A DNA stretch of 57,643 nucleotides from Bacteroidaceae bacterium. GTDB lineage: Bacteria; Bacteroidota; Bacteroidia; Bacteroidales; Bacteroidaceae. This document shows, piece after piece, positions 16,074 through 24,077 of this stretch. Position 1 is the stretch's first letter. The number at the start of each line of letters is the position of its first letter. Below the pieces are notes generated by a model. That model had not been told where the DNA came from, did not search any database, and worked only from the letters and a program-made list of their open reading frames with translations. A program made the translations under genes and the position numbers. The stretch is taken from assembly GCA_045544835.1 (NCBI GenBank), contig JAZPZS010000001.1:1-57643 (forward strand), read 5' to 3'.

Positions 16074-16877
16074 TCAAGAAATCGTATGGTTCTCCACCAG
16101 TTCCACAATCAAGTTCTCAATCTCTGCATCGGTGTCGCCCATTGCCTTGCTCTCCTTGGCCTTGAACACGATGTTCTGTATGGCCTTCACCTTGGTGGGT
16201 GAGCCCGAGAGACCGCACTGTGCTACATCGCCATCGATGTCGGCCACGCTCCACTCGGTAATCTCGGCATTCTTGTGGGTCATCAGCAACTTGGCATTGC
16301 GCGGGCGGCAGGGTGCTGCCGAGCCATTGACGGTGATGACGATAGGCAGGGGCCCCTCAACGGTCTCGACGCCTCCATCGATGTGGCGCTTCACGGTGAT
16401 GCGGCCATCCTCTACCTTGAGTATCTCCTCGGCATAGGTTATCTGGGTGAGTCCCAACTTCTCGGCCACCTGCGGACCTACCTGAGCGGTGTCGCCATCG
16501 ATGGCCTGACGGCCTCCGATGATGATGTCGTACTCGCCTATCTTGCGGATGGCTGTAGAGAGGGCATACGATGTAGCCAGGGTGTCGGCACCGGCAAAGG
16601 CACGGTCGGTGAGCAAGTAGCCACCGTCAGTGCCGCGAAACATGCCTTCGCGCACAATCTCTGCCGCGCGGGGCGGACCCATGGTGAGCACCTTGACCGT
16701 AGTGCCGGGATACTGCTCCTTGAGGCGCAAGGCCTGCTCCAAGGCATTCAGGTCCTCGGGATTGAAGATTGCAGGTAGTGCCGCACGGTTGATTGTGCCG
16801 TCGGTATTCATGGCATCCTTACCCACGTTGCGTGTGTCAGGCACCTGCTTGGCCAAAACTATAATTCTTAGGTTCAT
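16074..16877 (-). CDS. etfB: Electron transfer flavoprotein subunit beta
   Basis: The start is set at MNLRIIVLAKQVPDT (ATG 16875-16877), a typical EtfB N-terminus. The longer track ORF would read through the intergenic repeat. Confidence 0.9.
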   Translation of the reverse strand: MNLRIIVLAKQVPDTRNVGKDAMNTDGTINRAALPAIFNPEDLNALEQALRLKEQYPGTTVKVLTMGPPRAAEIVREGMFRGTDGGYLLTDRAFAGADTLATSYALSTAIRKIGEYDIIIGGRQAIDGDTAQVGPQVAEKLGLTQITYAEEILKVEDGRITVKRHIDGGVETVEGPLPIVITVNGSAAPCRPRNAKLLMTHKNAEITEWSVADIDGDVAQCGLSGSPTKVKAIQNIVFKAKESKAMGDTDAEIENLIVELVENHTIS

Positions 16878-17035
16878 AATTCTATTATTTGAGAAGTTAG
16901 AGGAGTTAAAGGGAGATAGTCGCTTTGCTAAGGAGATAAAGGCCATTAGCCTTTTCGCGCGTAAGGACATTAGGCATTTATCTCCTTTATCTTCCTATAT
17001 CTCCCCTTATCTCCACAAGTCATTTACTATTCTTC
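16878..17035. repeat. Intercistronic palindromic repeat, copy C (fabG-etfB gap)
   Basis: See copy B. Its right end, ctccacaagtcatttactattcttctta, matches the right end of copy A (ctccacaaatcatttactattcttctta). Confidence 0.85.
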
Positions 17036-17782
17036 TTACATCGCCATTCCGCCATCGACCTGCAACACCTGTCCGGTGACATAGGCAGCGAGGTCCGAAG
17101 CCAGGAAGAGGGCGGCACCTGCGATATCCTCACCCTCGCCGGCACGGCGCAGAGGTATCTGCTTGGCCCACTCGGCACGCAGCTCTTCGCTGAGCTTGCC
17201 CGTCATGTCGGTATTGATGAATCCCGGTGCTATCACGTTGGCACGTACACCACGCGAGCCCATCTCGGCAGCGATGCTCTTGGTGAGGCCGATGATGCCT
17301 GCTTTCGAGGCTGCATAGTTGCACTGCCCGGCATTGCCGTGTACGCCCACTACGGACGACATGTTGATGATGCTGCCGCTACGCTGGCGCATCATGATGG
17401 GTGTGCAGAGGCGGCAGAAGTTGAAAGCCGACTTCAGGTTGGCCGAGATCACCTCGTCCCACTGCTGCTCGCTCATGCGCATGAGCAAGGTGTCGCGCGT
17501 GATACCCGCGTTGTTTACAAGGATGTCGATACGTCCAAACTCCTTCACCACATCGGCCACAAGAGCCTCGGTAGCGGCATAGTCGGCTGCATCGGCCACA
17601 TAACGCTTTACCTTCACGCCCAATGCGGCAATCTCCTGCTCGGTCTGCTCGGCTGCTGCACTGGGAGTCACATGTGTGAATGCTATGGCAGCACCCTCGG
17701 CAGCAAAGCGCAGGGCCACGGCCTTACCTATGCCACGCGAAGCACCTGTAACGAGTGCCACTTTTCCTTCTAACATTTTCAT
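17036..17782 (-). CDS. fabG: 3-oxoacyl-[ACP] reductase-type short-chain dehydrogenase
   Basis: 248 aa. It has the 'TGASRGIG' Rossmann motif, 'NNAG', and a catalytic 'YAASKAG'. Confidence 0.85.
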   Translation of the reverse strand: MKMLEGKVALVTGASRGIGKAVALRFAAEGAAIAFTHVTPSAAAEQTEQEIAALGVKVKRYVADAADYAATEALVADVVKEFGRIDILVNNAGITRDTLLMRMSEQQWDEVISANLKSAFNFCRLCTPIMMRQRSGSIINMSSVVGVHGNAGQCNYAASKAGIIGLTKSIAAEMGSRGVRANVIAPGFINTDMTGKLSEELRAEWAKQIPLRRAGEGEDIAGAALFLASDLAAYVTGQVLQVDGGMAM

Positions 17783-17827
17783 AATATCTCTTCTTATTCT
17801 ATTAATTATCGCCTTGGTGAAACATCA

Positions 17828-17960
17828 TTATCACAGGCTTGATAAAAAATTATCATAGGTGCGAAAAAACTTTTTCACAGGCTTGAAAAATTATTTTCAC
17901 AGGTGTGAAAAAAAATTGTCATCGGTATGAAAAATCCATTTCAGATAGGGGAAAAGTCTA
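17828..17960. repeat. Six tandem units with exact 22-bp period, consensus TTWTCAYAGGYKTGAAAAA
   Basis: The TCAYAGG cores start at 17831, 17853, 17875, 17897, 17919 and 17941. Unit 4 is an 18-bp palindrome, TTTTCACA-GG-TGTGAAAA. The array lies between the fabG ATG (17782) and a TAACTTTG box (17995-18002). Confidence 0.85.
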
Positions 17961-17994
17961 GCTCATACCTTGAATGAAATTCTTTTCCACAGCA

Positions 17995-18002
17995 CAAAGT
18001 TA
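17995..18002 (-). promoter_or_regulatory. -7 box TAACTTTG, candidate promoter of the fabG-etfBA-acd operon
   Basis: The plus strand reads caaagtta. It would give a leader of about 200 nt containing the 22-bp array. Confidence 0.45.
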
Positions 18003-18201
18003 GAAATTGTTTCTATACCATCAAAAAAACGACAAGATTTCACGTATGAAACAATCCCACAATTCGCCCCTTAGTCACAAAAAAAATATTGACCGACCAC
18101 AAAGTATCGAAAAAAAGCGCGATTCCATCGGCATTTTTAGGCAAGAGTTATCATCTTCACTCATGCCCATAATATAAATGGGGGGGAATGATACCTAAAG
18201 G

Positions 18202-18230
18202 AAAAAAGAGCGCGAAAATCATCGCGCTCT
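18202..18230 (-). terminator. Rho-independent terminator after the CE12 gene
   Basis: The minus strand shows AGAGCGCGA-TGATTT-TCGCGCTCT followed by TTTTTT. It lies 16 nt after the stop at 18246. Confidence 0.7.
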
Positions 18231-18245
18231 ATATATCTTATACCA

Positions 18246-19544
18246 TTAATTGCCGTCGGGCTTGAGTATCTCCACGAACCGGCTGTCGTCCCACTGGAAG
18301 GCAGCACGGTCGTCGGGGTGTGCCGGGTCATAAGGCACGTAGTCGGGGCGCAGAGACTTCAGGATACCGAGGTCGAGCTTCTTCATGCCCTCGATGATGC
18401 ACTTGCTTATCTGGTAGGCTCCGTAGGGGTTGAAGTGGGTATTGTCGGCCAGGGGCTTCGCCTGACCCGGATAGGTGTTGGCAGGATAGTGCACGAAGGC
18501 GCCCTTCGATGCCTCGGGACCCATAGCCTCGTAGAGCACGCGGGTCATGGCATGGAGGTCGATGAGGTGAACGCCCTCACGGTTGGCAAGGAAGCGGGTA
18601 GCCTCGGGATAGTCGAGATGCGTGTCGGTAATCTTGCCCTCGGCATTGAAGCTGCGGCGCTGGGTGGGAGTCACCAGGATGGGAGTGGCACCACGGCGGC
18701 GAGCCTCATCGACGAAGATTTTCATGTTGTACATGAAGGAGTAGAAGGCACCGTCGCCCACACCCTTGCGTTTCTGGTCGTTGTGGCCAAACTCCACCAC
18801 GATGTAGTCGCCGGGCTTCACCTGCGTGAGCAGCTTCTTCAGGCGCTTGGCACCGATGAAGGTCACAGCCGTCTCGCCCGACTCGGCATAGTTGGCAAAA
18901 CATACGTTTTCATCGAAGAATCGGGTAATCATCTGACCCCAGCTGGCCCAAGGCTCATTGTCCTGGTCTACCACGGTAGAGTTGCCGCAGAGGAAGATGG
19001 TGGGCACATCGTCGACCCGCTCGATGGTCATCTCCATGATTTGGGGAGCGGGGCCGTTGACCTCGATGGTGAGCTTGTCGTCCCAGTTGAGCTTGCCCTT
19101 CTCACGATCCTTGATACGCACGTGCTCGGTGCCCTCGATAAGGGTATTGCGTTTGTTGATGGTGAAGGAGCAGGTCTTGTACTCGCCCTTCTTGGTGGCT
19201 ACGCGCTCATAGAACAGGCGGCGGCTCTCGCCACGCAGTGTGGTGACACCTGCTTTGCGGCGATTGCCCACCACGACATTCACACGATAGTTGCCGTCGG
19301 GCACATCCACGGAGAAGTAGAAGGGCTGTTGACTTGTGGGTTGAGTATCTGCTCCTATAAAGTCATATCCATACCCATTCCCTGCGCTATACAGGGTCTC
19401 GGGTGTAACAAGAACATAACCCTCCTTGGCCTTCTTCTTGCCCGAGAAGTCAAACTTGTAACTGGTAGTCTGTGCGCTCAGCAGGGTGCAGCAGCACACG
19501 AGGAGCAAGGTGATGTGTTTTCTCATAATGATTATGTTTTTCAT
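18246..19544 (-). CDS. Rhamnogalacturonan acetylesterase-like SGNH hydrolase (CE12) with N-terminal beta-sandwich domain
   Basis: A signal peptide is present. The SGNH blocks are 'IFLCGNSTVVDQ...WASWGQ', 'EFGHNDQK' and 'DNTHFN'. An alternative start is the ATG at 19526. Confidence 0.75.
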   Translation of the reverse strand: MKNIIIMRKHITLLLVCCCTLLSAQTTSYKFDFSGKKKAKEGYVLVTPETLYSAGNGYGYDFIGADTQPTSQQPFYFSVDVPDGNYRVNVVVGNRRKAGVTTLRGESRRLFYERVATKKGEYKTCSFTINKRNTLIEGTEHVRIKDREKGKLNWDDKLTIEVNGPAPQIMEMTIERVDDVPTIFLCGNSTVVDQDNEPWASWGQMITRFFDENVCFANYAESGETAVTFIGAKRLKKLLTQVKPGDYIVVEFGHNDQKRKGVGDGAFYSFMYNMKIFVDEARRRGATPILVTPTQRRSFNAEGKITDTHLDYPEATRFLANREGVHLIDLHAMTRVLYEAMGPEASKGAFVHYPANTYPGQAKPLADNTHFNPYGAYQISKCIIEGMKKLDLGILKSLRPDYVPYDPAHPDDRAAFQWDDSRFVEILKPDGN

Positions 19545-19590
19545 TCAGTTTGAATAATTTGAAATACAATTGGCCATACCTAATCTTTAG

Positions 19591-19628
19591 GTAAACGAAG
19601 AGTTGCCAGTCGGCAACTCTTCGTTTAC
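19591..19628 (-). terminator. Perfect 17-bp-stem hairpin between the GH105 and CE12 genes
   Basis: The hairpin is GTAAACGAAGAGTTGCC-AGTC-GGCAACTCTTCGTTTAC. No U-run follows on the minus strand, so it may be an intercistronic RNA stabiliser or attenuator rather than a full terminator. Confidence 0.4.
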
Positions 19629-19651
19629 TTTTATACGTTCTATTGGCTCTA

Positions 19652-20794
19652 TTAGGGATAGAGTATCTGCGCCTGCAGCTTATAGAGCTCAGCGCCAGCA
19701 AGGAGCACACAGCCGAGACCGTAGTCCTCGAAGTCGGGCACACTGTCGTAGGTAACGGGCTGGCCTGCCGAGGGGTCCTTACCTGTGCCCTGCATATAGC
19801 CGAGGAACCCGTTGGGGTGAACAGCCTTTTCTACGATAGCATTCCATGCACGTATCATGGGCTCTTCGTAGGTCTTGGCATCGAGGATGCCGTTGCGGAT
19901 ACCCCATGCCATACCATACACGAAGAGGGCTGTGCCAGAGGTTTCGGGACCGCCATAGTTGGTGGGGTCGTGGAGGCTCACGTTCCAGAAGCCGTCCTCG
20001 CGCTGGCACTTGATGAGCGCCTTGCTCATGGCCTTGAAGTCGCGCAGGTAGTCCTTATAGTGCTTCTCGTTCTTGGGAATCTCGTTCATCACGCGCAGCA
20101 GGGCAGCATATACCCAACCGTTGCCACGGCTCCAGTAGCAATCCTCACCATTAGGCTCGGTGTAGGGAGGATCGTAGTCGGCATCGCGCCACCAGAGGGC
20201 ATCCTTGGGGTTGTACATGCCGTTCTCGCCCAGTTGGTTGCGGGTGTACTCGTAGAGGTCCCACATCTTGTCGTAGTAGCGCTGGTCGTCGTACAGGTTG
20301 CCAAACTTGGCAAATACGGGCATGGCCATCTGTATGGCATCGATCCACCACCAGTCGTCGGCCTGCGGAGTGTTGACCATAGCGTCGATAGATACCTTCA
20401 CATTTTTTAGCATCACGGGGTCGGGGCAGATGCGGTAGAGGTCTATGTAGGTCTGGCCGCAGCAGTGGTTGTCGGCATGGCGTGTGGTATTGCCATTGCG
20501 CATACCCCACTTATGAGCGCTTCCCCAATCATAGGCGTATTTATAGAAGTCCTCGCGCGGGTAGATCTCATGCAATGCCATGAGGCCTTCGTAGTAGACG
20601 GCACGGGTCCATAGATTGCTGGGGCGCTCACGCTTGACAAAGGTGGGTTTGGCAGGGTCGGGCCACTTCTTCATGAAGTAGTCATTGACCAACAACATCG
20701 TGTTGAGAATTTCTTTCTGTGTAGGCATCTCCTGTGCCTTGAGCGAGCCTGTACATATGAGTACAGCAAGCAGGGTCCAAAGGGTACGTCTCAT
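19652..20794 (-). CDS. Unsaturated rhamnogalacturonyl hydrolase-like (GH105 / Glyco_hydro_88 fold)
   Basis: 380 aa with signal peptide MRRTLWTLLAVLICTGSLKAQ. Motifs are 'WWWIDAIQMAMP' and 'YWSRGNGWVYAAL'. It is adjacent to the CE12 gene. Confidence 0.75.
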   Translation of the reverse strand: MRRTLWTLLAVLICTGSLKAQEMPTQKEILNTMLLVNDYFMKKWPDPAKPTFVKRERPSNLWTRAVYYEGLMALHEIYPREDFYKYAYDWGSAHKWGMRNGNTTRHADNHCCGQTYIDLYRICPDPVMLKNVKVSIDAMVNTPQADDWWWIDAIQMAMPVFAKFGNLYDDQRYYDKMWDLYEYTRNQLGENGMYNPKDALWWRDADYDPPYTEPNGEDCYWSRGNGWVYAALLRVMNEIPKNEKHYKDYLRDFKAMSKALIKCQREDGFWNVSLHDPTNYGGPETSGTALFVYGMAWGIRNGILDAKTYEEPMIRAWNAIVEKAVHPNGFLGYMQGTGKDPSAGQPVTYDSVPDFEDYGLGCVLLAGAELYKLQAQILYP

Positions 20795-20828
20795 TCGTAT
20801 GATTATTATATGTGATTAATCTGTTCAG

Positions 20829-20836
20829 CAAATTTA
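20829..20836 (-). promoter_or_regulatory. -7 box TAAATTTG for the GH105-CE12 pair
   Basis: The plus strand reads caaattta, 35 nt upstream of the ATG at 20794. Confidence 0.5.
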
Positions 20837-20971
20837 GGGCAAACAAAAAGAAAAAGCAAAAATTTATAAAGAAAACTTGCTTTTTGGAAGGGTTATAGAA
20901 GCTATGAGGCCTGGAGTCACTGCCTAAGGGCAAAATTCGGGATAACCTTTCATAATTAGATGAATTATCAC

Positions 20972-20979
20972 TACCTTTG
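20972..20979 (+). promoter_or_regulatory. -7 box TACCTTTG for yicC
   Basis: It matches TAnnTTTG, 39 nt upstream of the ATG at 21018. Confidence 0.5.
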
Positions 20980-21017
20980 CGTCTGAAAGCAGATTATAAG
21001 CAAAAAAGAGAGACGCT

Positions 21018-21893
21018 ATGATATTATCAATGACCGGCTATGGCAAGGCTATAGCCACCTTCGGCAACAAAAAGATATGCGCCGAAATAAAGTCGCTCAA
21101 CAGCAAGGCATTGGACCTCTCCACCCGCATCGCCCCACTCTATCGCGAGAAGGAGATGGAGATACGTACGCTCATCGCCCAATCGCTCGAACGCGGCAAA
21201 GTAGATTTTAGCCTATGGATAGAGGAAGATGCCGCACAGCAAGGTACGCCAATAAACAAAGCCATCGTAGAAAACTACTACGCACAGGTAAAGGCTATCA
21301 GCGAAGCTACTGGCATACCTGAGCCCTCCGATTGGTTTGCCACACTGCTGCGCATGCCCGATGTGCTGACACGCACCGAGATAAAGGAGCTTGGCGAAGA
21401 GGAATGGATAGCAGCACGCGGTGCCGTGACGCAGGCCATAGAGCAACTGATGGACTTCCGTCGCCAGGAAGGAGCCGCGCTGGAAAAGAAGTTTGGCGAG
21501 AAACTCAACAACATAGAGAACCTGCTACACAGCATCGAGCCTTATGAGAAAGAGCGTACCGACAAGATACGTGAGCGCATCCTCGAAAGTCTGCAAAAGA
21601 GTCTTGGAGTGGAATACGACAAGAATCGATTTGAACAGGAACTCATCTACTACATCGAGAAACTCGATATAAACGAGGAGAAGCAACGCCTCACCAATCA
21701 CCTCAGCTATTTCCGCGAGACCATGCGCGAAGGACATGGACAAGGCAAGAAACTCGGATTCATTGCTCAGGAGATGGGTCGCGAAATTAACACCACAGGC
21801 AGCAAAAGCAATCATGCCGAGATGCAGAACATCGTGGTGAAGATGAAGGATGAGCTGGAACAAATCAAGGAACAGGTACTGAATGTAATGTAG
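21018..21893 (+). CDS. yicC: YicC family stress-induced protein
   Basis: The N-terminus is 'MILSMTGYGKA' and the C-terminal region reads 'LGFIAQEMGREINTTGSKSN'. Confidence 0.9.
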   Translation: MILSMTGYGKAIATFGNKKICAEIKSLNSKALDLSTRIAPLYREKEMEIRTLIAQSLERGKVDFSLWIEEDAAQQGTPINKAIVENYYAQVKAISEATGIPEPSDWFATLLRMPDVLTRTEIKELGEEEWIAARGAVTQAIEQLMDFRRQEGAALEKKFGEKLNNIENLLHSIEPYEKERTDKIRERILESLQKSLGVEYDKNRFEQELIYYIEKLDINEEKQRLTNHLSYFRETMREGHGQGKKLGFIAQEMGREINTTGSKSNHAEMQNIVVKMKDELEQIKEQVLNVM

Positions 21894-21993
21894 TTTGGTC
21901 AAGGGATGATGGATTTAGAATTTAGAGTGCCATCCGATGGCAACAGTCCTCAGCCATCATCCATAAGCCATAAACCAACAACTCACAAAAACC

Positions 21994-22557
21994 ATGGGCA
22001 AACTAATCATCTTTTCCGCCCCTTCAGGGTCAGGCAAGTCCACCATCATCAACTATCTGATGCGACAAGGCTTAGGGCTCGCCTTCTCCATCTCAGCCAC
22101 AAGCCGTGCCCCACGCGGCAACGAGCAGCATGGCGTTGAATACTTCTTCCTCAGCCCCGAGGAGTTTCGCTCACGTATAGTCGCAGGCGAATTCCTTGAG
22201 TATGAAGAGGTGTATCCCGATCGCTTCTATGGTACTCTAAAGGAACAAGTGGAACATCAGCTCGAAGCAGGGCAGCACGTCGTATTTGATGTCGACGTTG
22301 TTGGAGGATGCAACATCAAAGAGTATTATGGTGACCGCGCCTTATCGCTCTTCATACAGCCCCCATCCGTAGAGGAACTGCGTCGTCGCCTAGAAGGACG
22401 TGGCACCGACTCGCCAGAGGTAATCCGACAGCGCATTGACAAAGCGGAATACGAGCTGTCGTTCGCTCCTAAGTTCGACAAGGTAATTGTCAACGACAAC
22501 TTGGAAGAGGCGCAAGCCGAGGCATTGGCAATAGTGAAACAATTTATAACGAGCTGA
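21994..22557 (+). CDS. gmk: Guanylate kinase
   Basis: The P-loop 'SAPSGSGKST' and the motifs 'SATSRAPRGNEQHGVEYFF' and 'EYEEVY...YGT' are present. Confidence 0.95.
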   Translation: MGKLIIFSAPSGSGKSTIINYLMRQGLGLAFSISATSRAPRGNEQHGVEYFFLSPEEFRSRIVAGEFLEYEEVYPDRFYGTLKEQVEHQLEAGQHVVFDVDVVGGCNIKEYYGDRALSLFIQPPSVEELRRRLEGRGTDSPEVIRQRIDKAEYELSFAPKFDKVIVNDNLEEAQAEALAIVKQFITS

Positions 22558-22579
22558 AAGAGTTCACCTCCCCACAGAG

Positions 22580-23191
22580 ATGAAACGTATAGGTATTTTC
22601 GGAGGTTCGTTCAATCCCGTACATCTCGGGCACACCGCCCTGGCTGCCTACATCTGCGAGCAGGGGCTGACCGATGAGGTATGGATGATGGTGAGTCCGC
22701 AGAACCCGCTGAAACAAAACTTAGAGCTGTTGGACGAAGGCATTCGGTTAGAGATGCTACGCCTAGCCGTAGTTGACTATCCTGAGTTAAAGGCCTGCGA
22801 CTTCGAGTTCCATCTTCCCCGCCCCTCTTACACCTACCACACCTTGCAAGCACTGCATGAAGCATATCCTGAGTACGAGTTTAGCCTCATCATCGGAGAG
22901 GACAATTGGCAATACTTCGACCGATGGTACCGCCATGAAGAGATTGCAAGCGAACACCGCCTTATCATATATCCAAGAATAGACAAGGAACAAGATGTCA
23001 CAGGCAAACTGAATGGCCCTTCACTGAGAATTGAAGGCCCGCAGTCCACCACCGTTCCTTCATCACCATCCTTCCTCCCCTACAGCTCTACTGAGGTGCG
23101 CGAAGCGATAGCCAAAGGAGAGCCCTACGAACACATGCTACACCCAACCGTCGCAGAATACATCAAACAACACAATTTATACATACAATGA
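22580..23191 (+). CDS. nadD: Nicotinate-nucleotide adenylyltransferase
   Basis: Motifs are 'GIFGGSFNPVHLGH', 'SPQNPLK' and 'SSTEVREAI'. Confidence 0.9.
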   Translation: MKRIGIFGGSFNPVHLGHTALAAYICEQGLTDEVWMMVSPQNPLKQNLELLDEGIRLEMLRLAVVDYPELKACDFEFHLPRPSYTYHTLQALHEAYPEYEFSLIIGEDNWQYFDRWYRHEEIASEHRLIIYPRIDKEQDVTGKLNGPSLRIEGPQSTTVPSSPSFLPYSSTEVREAIAKGEPYEHMLHPTVAEYIKQHNLYIQ

Positions 23192-23823
23192 GACGCTACC
23201 TCTTAGCCATTACCCTACTGATATGCATCTGGCCCAACTCTTCATGGGCCCAGACCGACACGGAGAGATATTCGCCAACTCCCGACTACATGCAGCAACT
23301 GCTCTCTGACATCATCGCCACAGACTGCAAGACTCTTCAGTTCAGCGATGGGGGCGGGCATTACATCGGTTATTCCCGCCACAACAGTTTCTTCGGTTGG
23401 GGCAGCTATCGCACCGACAATGGCAATCGCTGGATAGGGCAATGGAACAAAGGGAAATGCATCTTCGGCATCCTCATCAAAGGGACGATAGGGCGCGTGG
23501 GATCAGACACCCATTACGTGGAATACGACCTCACCAGCGGAGCCATCAGCCACATTGTCAAGGATGGCGAGCGCATCAGCTATAACACATCACAGGCCAA
23601 AGCCTCTCCCTACCGGTTTGTACGTATCAACTACGAAGGAGGTGACTACTACATAGGCGAAACGTACAATGGCCGACGCCACGGCTTAGGCATATATCAC
23701 TGGAGCAATGGCAACCATTGGTACGGCACCTTCAATAACGACTACCGGCAGGGATATGGTGCCCTTTTCTGCACTGACGGCACCATTGACCATGGACTTT
23801 GGCTAGGCAATGACAAACAATAA
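23188..23823 (+). CDS. Secreted MORN-repeat protein
   Basis: A signal peptide is present. The repeated units 'YIGETYNGRRHGLGIYHWSNGNHWYGTFNNDYRQGYGAL' are typical of MORN repeats. There is an ATGA overlap with nadD. Confidence 0.65.
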   Translation: MRRYLLAITLLICIWPNSSWAQTDTERYSPTPDYMQQLLSDIIATDCKTLQFSDGGGHYIGYSRHNSFFGWGSYRTDNGNRWIGQWNKGKCIFGILIKGTIGRVGSDTHYVEYDLTSGAISHIVKDGERISYNTSQAKASPYRFVRINYEGGDYYIGETYNGRRHGLGIYHWSNGNHWYGTFNNDYRQGYGALFCTDGTIDHGLWLGNDKQ

Positions 23824-23835
23824 ATTCGTTCGTTG

Positions 23836-23869
23836 AAACTTGCTTTTTCTCTCGCCTTGCACTAACTTT
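23836..23869 (+). repeat. Promoter-cassette copy 1 (34-bp, defective -7 box TAACTTTA)
   Basis: It is 34/34 identical to 23923-23956 (aaacttgctttttctctcgccttgcactaacttt). The next base is A instead of G. Confidence 0.85.
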
Positions 23870-23922
23870 AATTTATGCTTCGCAGAAACAGAAGTTTGGC
23901 TGCGGCTCGGAAAAATGCAAGT

Positions 23923-23957
23923 AAACTTGCTTTTTCTCTCGCCTTGCACTAACTTTG
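23923..23957 (+). promoter_or_regulatory. Promoter-cassette copy 2 with intact -7 box TAACTTTG (purD promoter)
   Basis: The -7 box lies at 23950-23957. It is preceded by the palindrome GCAAGTAAACTTGC (23917-23930). Confidence 0.6.
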
Positions 23958-24077
23958 TACAAACTTAAGAATATACTAAAGAGCATCACCATGGAGATTG
24001 GTATCAGAAATATCGTACCCAAGTATCCCGCAAAAGAGAAAATGGCTTATTTCCCCGACATAGAAATGGTTAGAACA

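Noticed and set aside
17828-17960. CRISPR array or DnaA-box/oriC cluster as an explanation for the 22-bp tandem units.
   Set aside because: The units are contiguous with no unique spacers, and no cas genes are present, so it is not a CRISPR array. The TTATCACAG words are one base short of the TTATCCACA DnaA box, all point the same way, and no dnaA or dnaN gene is nearby. The oriC idea cannot be fully excluded without a genome-wide GC-skew plot, but it is unlikely.
23958-24077. Possible purine/ZTP-type riboswitch in the ~120-nt leader of purD.
   Set aside because: I could not find the conserved ZTP (pfl) or purine riboswitch core sequences or a convincing pseudoknot or three-way-junction arrangement. 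The extended track ORF here ([10 protein letters not shown]...) is just read-through upstream of the canonical [14 protein letters not shown] start.
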